Below, piece by piece: positions 57,710 to 64,000 of a stretch of 64,000 nucleotides of DNA. Made by a program: the position numbers and the translations under genes. The notes beneath the pieces are model-generated. The model did not search any database, was not told the DNA's origin, and was given only the letters and a program-made list of their open reading frames with translations. Source of the stretch: a bacterium (GTDB taxonomy: Bacteria; Zixibacteria; MSB-5A5; GN15; FEB-12); NCBI GenBank assembly GCA_030605565.1, contig JAUWIB010000089.1, forward strand, positions 76,197 through 140,196, given 5' to 3'. How positions within the stretch are numbered: the first letter of the stretch is position 1; each line of letters starts with the position of its first letter.

Positions 57710-57943
57710 TTACTTGTCGGAGTCCTTATCGGAGTCTTGCTTGCTCACTTTTTTGTCCTTGTCCGCCTTTTCCTCCAGCGCAAAACTGACGGCGTAGGTC
57801 ACCCACACTGCAACCGGTTTACCATTAGCAATGGCCGGCGTGAACTTGCTTTTTGAGGCCGCCTTGAGCGCCGATTCATCAAGCATCTTGTTGCCCGACG
57901 TTTTGTCCAGGCGCACATTGAGTACCGTTCCCTTCTTGCCCAC
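57710..57943 (-). pseudogene. TonB C-terminal domain fragment (5'-truncated remnant)
   Basis: The 77 codons cover only the distal part of a TonB-C domain (GTVLNVRLDKTSGNKMLDESALKAASKSKFTPAIANGKPVAVWVTYAVSF). An in-frame TAA lies 2 codons upstream of the GTG. No TM or Pro-rich N-terminal part is present. Confidence 0.55.
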
Positions 57944-57966
57944 AGCCGATTACTGACGTTTCGTGC

Positions 57967-57986
57967 GGCAGATGTGGATATCTGCC
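57967..57986. repeat. Palindromic hairpin ggcagatgtggatatctgcc
   Basis: It is 19/20 identical to 24930-24949. Confidence 0.8.
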
Positions 57987-58106
57987 GTGCGCTTGAAACA
58001 GCCCGGATCTTACGCCGCTCGCGACCGAGTAATACCTTGACATACTATGCCTCCATCGTAATTTGGGCCAATTGATGGCCGCTGTCCCTACACTTCAGGA
58101 GGTAGA

Positions 58107-60077
58107 GTGGAAAACAACGCGAACAATGCGAAATTCAAACCGGTCATTCCGGCCGGCACGACGATTGCCGAAGTAACATGGAAAGCATTGATCCTGGGCT
58201 CGCTGATATCGGTGCTGTTCGGGGTGGCTAACGCCTATCTGGGTCTCAAGTTCGGAATGACGGTCTCGGCCTCGATTCCGGCGGCTGTGATCTCAATGGC
58301 CATCCTGCGGATTTTCTTCGGCCGCAATGTGACGGTGCTGGAAAACAACATCGTACAGACAGTCGGTTCGGCCGGTGAGTCCCTGGCGGCGGGAATAATT
58401 TTCACGATACCGGCGTTTTTTATCTGGTCGGCTAACGAACAACTGGCTGCGGCCGGTTATTTTCACGAAGTCTCCAAGATGCAAATCTTCTGGATGTCGA
58501 TGCTTGGCGGCGCTCTTGGGATTCTGTTGATGATCCCGCTTCGCAAGTATCTTGTCGACAAGGAGCATGGCAAGCTCAGATTTCCCGAAGGCACCGCCTG
58601 TGCTGAGATTATCATGGCCGGTGATGAGGGGGGCGGCAAAGCCAAGTTAGTATTTGCCGGTATCGGGCTGGGAGCTCTGTACAAGATATTGTACGACATG
58701 CTGCGGGTTTGGACGCAGTCGCCGAGTCACGATTTCAAGGGGTTCCTGAAAGGCGGCACTATCGGCGTCGATGCCACCCCCGCGCTGCTGGGCGTCGGGT
58801 ACATCATAGGACCGCGTATCAGCGCGTTGATGCTGAGCGGCGCGGTGTTGGGCTATCTCGGAATCAGTCCGCTGTTGTCGTTCATTGGCGATCAGATACC
58901 GGGCATTATTATCGCGCCCGGCACGATGCCATTGAGTGAGATGGACCCCGCACAGCTTCGAAACTCCTACATCAAGTATCTGGGTGTCGGGGCGGTGGCT
59001 ATCGGTGGGTTTGTGTCGCTGATCAAATCCTTCCCGGTGATAATACAGTCGTTCAGCAAGGGTTTCAAGCAACTCATCGGTAGAAAGGAAGATGTCAATG
59101 ATGCCCCGCGCACCGACAGGGATCTGCCGATGAAATGGGTGCTGTTGGGTGTGGTCGGTGTTATTGTCGCTATCTGGTTGCTGCCCGGAACGGAACTACA
59201 TATCTTGGGCGCGGCACTGGCGGTGTTGTTCGGATTCTTCTTTGTGGTGGTAGCGGCCCGGATTGTCGGGATCGTGGGGTCGTCATCATCACCGGTGTCC
59301 GGGATGACGATTGCGACACTTCTGGTGACTTGCATGATATTGCTCTATTTCGGGGTCGAAGGAGTCGAGGGAATGGTCACGGCGATGTCGGTCGGCGCTA
59401 TCGTCTGCATAGCCGTCTGCATGTCGGGTGACATTGCGCAGGATTTGAAGACGGGCTACCTGCTCGGCGCCACACCGTGGCGGCAGCAGTTGACGGAGTT
59501 TATCGGGCTGCTGTTCCCGGCGATTGCTATGGGTTTCACGCTGTACTATTTGAACGAGGCGTTCGGTTTTGTCGAGGGGGCCACGCCGCGCGATCCGCTT
59601 CTGGCGCCACAGGCTAACGTAATGGCCACAGTAGTTCAGGGAATCATGAATGCCAATCTGCCCTGGGAGCCGATTATCGTCGGCGGTTTCATCGCGCTGG
59701 CAGTCGAACTCCTGGGCATATCGTCGCTGCCTTTTGCCATTGGACTTTATCTGCCTCTGTCGCTGTCGACGCCAATCATGACTGGGGGACTGGTGGCGTT
59801 GCTGGTGAAGAAATACGTGCGAAAGGAGGAGTACGGCGGCAAGAACCTTGCCGGAACCTTGTTTGCATCCGGCATGGTAGCAGGGGATGCATTGATAGGA
59901 GTGGCCGTGGCGTTCATGATTGGGTCCTGGTCAGCGTATGAGATGTTCTACAACGAACATGAAGGTGGTATGGACACTTTGACCGGAGCCTGGGGTCCGT
60001 GGATAGCTCTGGCTGCGTTTGCAAGTTTGACGTTGCTCCTGGCTCGACTGGCGTTCAAGGGGGTGGCGAAGAAGTAG
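58107..60077 (+). CDS. OPT-family oligopeptide transporter
   Basis: This is a 656-aa polytopic protein. Its N-terminus TIAEVTWKALILGSLISVLFGVANAYLGLKFGMTVSASIPAAVISMAILR is typical of the bacterial OPT superfamily. The GTG start is preceded by AGGAGG. A TTGACA-N16-TAATTT match lies at 58037-58064. Confidence 0.85.
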   Translation: MENNANNAKFKPVIPAGTTIAEVTWKALILGSLISVLFGVANAYLGLKFGMTVSASIPAAVISMAILRIFFGRNVTVLENNIVQTVGSAGESLAAGIIFTIPAFFIWSANEQLAAAGYFHEVSKMQIFWMSMLGGALGILLMIPLRKYLVDKEHGKLRFPEGTACAEIIMAGDEGGGKAKLVFAGIGLGALYKILYDMLRVWTQSPSHDFKGFLKGGTIGVDATPALLGVGYIIGPRISALMLSGAVLGYLGISPLLSFIGDQIPGIIIAPGTMPLSEMDPAQLRNSYIKYLGVGAVAIGGFVSLIKSFPVIIQSFSKGFKQLIGRKEDVNDAPRTDRDLPMKWVLLGVVGVIVAIWLLPGTELHILGAALAVLFGFFFVVVAARIVGIVGSSSSPVSGMTIATLLVTCMILLYFGVEGVEGMVTAMSVGAIVCIAVCMSGDIAQDLKTGYLLGATPWRQQLTEFIGLLFPAIAMGFTLYYLNEAFGFVEGATPRDPLLAPQANVMATVVQGIMNANLPWEPIIVGGFIALAVELLGISSLPFAIGLYLPLSLSTPIMTGGLVALLVKKYVRKEEYGGKNLAGTLFASGMVAGDALIGVAVAFMIGSWSAYEMFYNEHEGGMDTLTGAWGPWIALAAFASLTLLLARLAFKGVAKK

Positions 60078-60115
60078 GCGGCAGGGTGGCCCGGACATTC
60101 GTCCGGGTTTCAGTT

Positions 60116-60179
60116 GTAGGGCCGGAGCCCTGAGCTCCTGCCGGATGACGCTGTGCACGTGGCCGAGTCTGAAGACTCG
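60116..60179. repeat. REP-like hairpins upstream of the GT39 gene
   Basis: gtagggccggagccctgagctcctgccgg (60116-60144) is related to 23888-23914. cgagtctgaagactcg (60164-60179) is related to 62523-62544. Confidence 0.75.
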
Positions 60180-60237
60180 ACCACCACACGAACGCTGATT
60201 GATGTAATCCAAAGTCGGAGTTGTTGGTAGAAAGAAC

Positions 60238-62460
60238 ATGACATCGCCTGAAGATAACAACACGAACCCCACCCGTCTGGATACAATCAAGCAGTTTCTG
60301 AACCGTCATCGGTGGCTGTTGATTGTGGCGCTGGTAACCCTTGCGATTAGAGCCTGCTATCTGTACGAACTCAGTTTTCACTTCGGTTTCAGGGTGCCGA
60401 TGGTTGACGAGAAATGGCACTGGGAATGGGCAAACAACATTCTGAACGGCTCTTTCTGGGGTGAAGGCGCCTATTTCCGCGCACCGCTTTATCCATATCT
60501 GTTAGCGTTATTGGCCTGGATCACCAACGGTTCGATTCTCTTCAGCAAGCTGCTGCAATCAGTACTTGCGTCCGGAACCGCGATCTTTGTCTACTTAATG
60601 GCGAACAAGCTGTTCAATCGCACGACCGCCATTGTGGCCGGGTTGGCTTACGCCTGCTATGCCACGCTGATCTTCTACGAGACGATGTTTTTGATTCCCG
60701 CTCTGTTCCTGTTTTTGCTGACCTGGGGTATGTATCGACTGATAAGCCGTGCCGAATCGACTTCAGTACGGACTTGGCTGGTGACCGGGCTGATCTTCGG
60801 GTTGGCTGCAATCGCTCGTCCCAATGTGCTGCTGGTGGTTCTTCTTCTGATGATCTGGCAGTTCCTCAGATCATCCAATGCCTCATCAATAATGACTCGG
60901 TTGAAGTTTCCCGTTGTTCTGATGGTGGGAGTGCTGATGGCCGTGGCGCCGGTGACAGTGCGCAATGCCATTGTGACCGGTGACTTTATGCTGATATCCT
61001 CACAGGGTGGGATCAATCTCCACCTCGGCAACAATGCTTACGCCGACGGGCTCACTATGATCATGCCGGAGGTGGAACTGGACGAGTCGGTGAGTTGGCG
61101 GCAGTTCGGCGTTGTGACCAGGGTGGCGGCCGAGCGCGAAGCCGGGCGGGAGATGTCGGAAGCTGAGTTGTCGGCGTTCTGGACTAAGAAAGCGGTCAAC
61201 TTCATTGTCTCCAATCCGGGCAAGTTTGCAAGCCTGGTTTGGAAGAAATCGGTTTATCTCGTCAGCGGCTTTGAGAACTCCGACAACACCGACATTTACT
61301 ACCAGCGGACGAAATCGAGGCTGTTTTCGTTTCTGCTTTGGAATTTGGATGAGTGGCTCTATTTTCCGTTCGGGCTGCTGCTGCCGTTGGCGTTAGTAGG
61401 CATTTATGTCCATCGTGATCGCCGGCGCGACCTGGCGCCGCTATACCTCTTCGCGCTCGCCTATATCCCCACAATCGTACTCTTCCTGGTCACGGCCCGC
61501 CATCGTCTGCCGCTGGTTCCGTTCCTTATTATCCTGGCAGCAGCCGGAGTGGTGAAGCTGGTCCAGGCGAGGCGCGGTCGCTCGGGTCGCGAGTGGATAA
61601 CCATCGGACTGGTCTTCGTGGTCTCAGTAGTCGTCCTCAATCGCACATACTATGACCTTGGCTCCGACAACATGTTTCAGATTCACTTCAACAACGGCCT
61701 CCGGTATGAGAGTACCGGGGACTATGTCAGCGCCGAGAAGGAGTATCTCCTGGCCGATCAAAATTACCCATTTTCGGCGACCTTGCTCAACAACCTGGCC
61801 TATTCACAGTTCATGTTGGGCAAGAATGAGGAGGCTGACCAAAACTATCGGAGAGGGTTGCAGATCGATCCGGCGTATGCGCCGCTCTACAGTAATTTGG
61901 GTCTGTTGGTGGCGGACAAGGGGGAGCCTGATTCGGCGTTGTATCTGCTCCGGACTGCGTTGAACAAACATGATACTGCTGTAACGACACCAAATGATCT
62001 GGTCCAGGTGTGGCTGAACATCGCTGACGTCCAGGAGGATTTAGGTGAGCTTGATTCCGCCGCCGCCGCTTATCACACAGCCATGACGATAGCGCCTGAG
62101 TATGCGAAACCATACAAGCAGGGAGCGGCCTTCTTCGCGCGTTACGGCGGGCATCACATCATGGACAGTCTGTACAAAGTGGGGCGGCATTTCGAGGACC
62201 TCACGGCGATCGACTACTTCAACTGGGGGTTGTCATTCATTCAGCGGAAGCGGTACACCGACGGTATCTCCAAGATGATGATGGCGCTGAAGGAAAACCA
62301 GAACATGCATCAGGCTTGGTACTGTATCGGGCTGGCCTACTACGAAGCAAGGGAACCCAGGGACAGCGTTTACCAGTTCCTTGATCGCTGTTTGGAGATC
62401 GATTCTTCCTTTCAGCAGGCTCTTGTTTTGAAGGCGCTATTGGAAGAACGAGGCTACTAG
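60238..62460 (+). CDS. GT39/ArnT-like membrane glycosyltransferase fused to C-terminal TPR repeats
   Basis: The N-terminal ~460 aa are polytopic with a pattern typical of dolichyl-phosphate-mannose/ArnT-family enzymes. The C-terminal ~270 aa have TPR-like repeats (AEKEYLLADQNYP..., NYRRGLQIDPAYAPLYSNLG..., AYHTAMTIAPEYAKPY...). Confidence 0.8.
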   Translation: MTSPEDNNTNPTRLDTIKQFLNRHRWLLIVALVTLAIRACYLYELSFHFGFRVPMVDEKWHWEWANNILNGSFWGEGAYFRAPLYPYLLALLAWITNGSILFSKLLQSVLASGTAIFVYLMANKLFNRTTAIVAGLAYACYATLIFYETMFLIPALFLFLLTWGMYRLISRAESTSVRTWLVTGLIFGLAAIARPNVLLVVLLLMIWQFLRSSNASSIMTRLKFPVVLMVGVLMAVAPVTVRNAIVTGDFMLISSQGGINLHLGNNAYADGLTMIMPEVELDESVSWRQFGVVTRVAAEREAGREMSEAELSAFWTKKAVNFIVSNPGKFASLVWKKSVYLVSGFENSDNTDIYYQRTKSRLFSFLLWNLDEWLYFPFGLLLPLALVGIYVHRDRRRDLAPLYLFALAYIPTIVLFLVTARHRLPLVPFLIILAAAGVVKLVQARRGRSGREWITIGLVFVVSVVVLNRTYYDLGSDNMFQIHFNNGLRYESTGDYVSAEKEYLLADQNYPFSATLLNNLAYSQFMLGKNEEADQNYRRGLQIDPAYAPLYSNLGLLVADKGEPDSALYLLRTALNKHDTAVTTPNDLVQVWLNIADVQEDLGELDSAAAAYHTAMTIAPEYAKPYKQGAAFFARYGGHHIMDSLYKVGRHFEDLTAIDYFNWGLSFIQRKRYTDGISKMMMALKENQNMHQAWYCIGLAYYEAREPRDSVYQFLDRCLEIDSSFQQALVLKALLEERGY

Positions 62461-62491
62461 CCGCGCTTGATGGCATTCCGTGGATTTGTGG

Positions 62492-62544
62492 CAGACGAAT
62501 CTTCAGATTCGGCTGCGCTTCCCGCTGAGTCTGAAGACTCAGCG
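62492..62544. repeat. Two TGAAGA-loop hairpins downstream of the GT39 gene
   Basis: gcagacgaatcttcagattcggctgc lies at 62492-62517. cgctgagtctgaagactcagcg lies at 62523-62544 and has a 9-bp perfect stem. Confidence 0.75.
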
Positions 62545-62593
62545 GTCACAACAAACAGAGCATCTTCCGCCAAAAACAAAACGCACACGAAAA

Positions 62594-62617
62594 GGCCTCG
62601 ATGTTTCCATCGAGACC
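62594..62617. terminator. Bidirectional terminator-like hairpin in the convergent spacer
   Basis: ggcctcgatg-tttc-catcgagacc has a 10-bp stem with one G-U/A-C position. It is flanked by an A-rich run upstream and TTTCTCTCC downstream. On the minus strand it is followed by TTTTCGTGTGCGTTTTGTTTTT. Confidence 0.45.
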
Positions 62618-62989
62618 TTTCTCTCCTCACCATCCGGGGCTTTGTTCAAGCAGTTCGACCGCCATCACCACTGCTTGAAAGTCTCATAAATTGGCAGGTT
62701 GCGGGCTTGCCGTTTTACGTGTTCAGCGTGCCCCGGCACATTAGATAGCAACAAACTACGTGCCCGACAACGCATTCTAATGCTAACAGGTTGAGATGTG
62801 GTCACTTAGTATGTGCCACATGGTATCCACCTGATGCCGACGTCGACGAAATCGCAGAACCTGCCTCTATTCCGTCGCAGAACGTAGCGGGGGCGCAGAA
62901 TCAGTGCCGTGAACTCGGCCGGCTCCGGACGCACTGCGTTGTCCGAGCGGCCTGTCGGGATACCACTTACCGTAAGACAGGGGTAACCG

Positions 62990-64000
62990 CTATTTTGCCG
63001 GGTTGTGGTCGAATATGGCGCATATCACACCGTGGTCCGACCAACCCGGATCGTTGCCTCCAACCACTTTGTTCCAGGGCGAGTTCTTGTCGACGAGATG
63101 GTCGTTGATGACGCGCGCCTCGCGGAACGACCAGATCCGGTTCTGCGAATTGTCGTAGAACTGTTCGCTGACCAAAATGTGATCAAGCGATTCCCGCTGC
63201 CCCTGGTGCAAGTAGGTGTAGTAAACATCGCGAAGGCTGCGATATTCCTGGAGCGTAGCTACAGAGTACATTCCCAGGTCACTCGCGTAGGCAGTTGTCG
63301 ATTTCTCGTACATACGGTACGGCGGTTGGGCAGTGACTATGGATGTTATGACGCCGAGCTGGGAATCGTTCAGATCGCCCATCACTACCGTCGGCGTGTG
63401 AGAATCCTTCATCTCCTTGTTCAGCATGATGCGCAGAGCAGTGGCTTCGGCTGTGCGTCGGATGGTTGCCAGAGCGGAGCCCAAAGCTATGCTGTGTGGT
63501 TTGACGGTTGGATCGTTCTTTTCCTGTGAATCAAGCTTTGTCGGCAGCTTTGATTTGAGGTGAGCTACGAACAAGACGATATCCGGACCTTTTTCAGGTT
63601 TGATCTCGGCTCTGATCACCGGCCGTCTGAAGCCCACCAGTTCGACCTCGACGTTGTCGTCACCACTGCTGGGGCGTTTTTTGAGGACAAGTTCATCGGG
63701 TAGGTCTCTGATCCACTGTATGTTGTCGATTTGAAGCGCCTTCCTCACGGCCAGCGCAATGGTTTGAGTTCCCCCATCGGCTTCGTCTGCATGAACTGTG
63801 TACTCGGCGCTGAGACCGGCATCCGCAATGGCTTCCTCCAAGCAATCTTTGTGCCACAACTCCTGGAAGCCGATGATGTCGGCCTGAGTCTCTCGGATGA
63901 TCCCTGCGGTCCAGGTAATCTTTGACGCGTATTCCTCGGCGGTGACCTTGTGCTTGAAAGCGTACTTCCCTTCTCTCTGCAGATTATTCAGATTCAGGGT
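62990..64000 (-). CDS. Endonuclease/exonuclease/phosphatase (EEP) family protein; 5' end outside the window
   Basis: The frame stays open to base 64000. Upstream of the ORF-track TTG, the translation reads ...ITWTAGIIRETQADIIGFQELWHKD, a typical EEP N-terminal motif. The C-terminal WSDHGVICAIF is typical of the EEP catalytic His region. Confidence 0.8.
   Translation of the reverse strand, partial: TLNLNNLQREGKYAFKHKVTAEEYASKITWTAGIIRETQADIIGFQELWHKDCLEEAIADAGLSAEYTVHADEADGGTQTIALAVRKALQIDNIQWIRDLPDELVLKKRPSSGDDNVEVELVGFRRPVIRAEIKPEKGPDIVLFVAHLKSKLPTKLDSQEKNDPTVKPHSIALGSALATIRRTAEATALRIMLNKEMKDSHTPTVVMGDLNDSQLGVITSIVTAQPPYRMYEKSTTAYASDLGMYSVATLQEYRSLRDVYYTYLHQGQRESLDHILVSEQFYDNSQNRIWSFREARVINDHLVDKNSPWNKVVGGNDPGWSDHGVICAIFDHNPAK

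Overview
A gene-dense, high-GC bacterial chromosomal window with about 58 protein genes. I found no rRNA, tRNA or CRISPR array by eye. The gene content suggests an uncultivated diderm of the FCB-superphylum type: T9SS-type C-terminal sorting domains (LHQNYPNPFNP...), PorV/PorQ-like barrels and a full Tol-Pal cluster.

The core content, in order:
- two secreted proteases
- fur-feoAB
- a long translationally coupled block (ecfT-truA-tal-purB-psd-pssA-purS-purQ-tatA)
- an FHA / PPP-like phosphoesterase / CHASE2-Ser/Thr-kinase operon
- dusB and etfA
- a PKD lipoprotein
- an SPFH/Zn-ribbon pair
- an Asp-box propeller cargo with twin PorV/Q-like barrels
- an IDH/IPMDH-family dehydrogenase
- rdgB
- smpB-amidase-murI
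- two receiver-only regulators plus a PhaR/phasin-like protein
- ligA
- tolQ-tolR-tolA-tolB-[phzF-like]-pal-ybgF
- an orphan GlmL-like ATPase triad
- an OPT transporter
- a GT39/TPR protein
- an EEP nuclease/phosphatase

The accessory or unusual content:
- Two AT-richer restriction-modification islands. The first is dcm / unknown 307-aa protein / vsr. The second is a beta-class SPPY methyltransferase convergent with a C-protein/REase operon, where the REase carries a second C-like HTH.
- A phzF-like gene, broken by an in-frame TGA, wedged into the tol-pal operon.
- A degenerate in-frame tandem copy of the 3' end of a PorV-like gene.
- A large population of GTAGG-headed REP/BIME-like hairpins that bracket single genes.

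The best candidates for an undescribed system are the GlmL-like triad (50.7-54.6 kb), the SPFH/Zn-ribbon pair (26.7-29.3 kb) and the C + HTH-REase module (54.8-57.2 kb).

All calls rest on motif reading of the supplied ORF translations. I ran no database search, and the GC statements are visual impressions, not computed.
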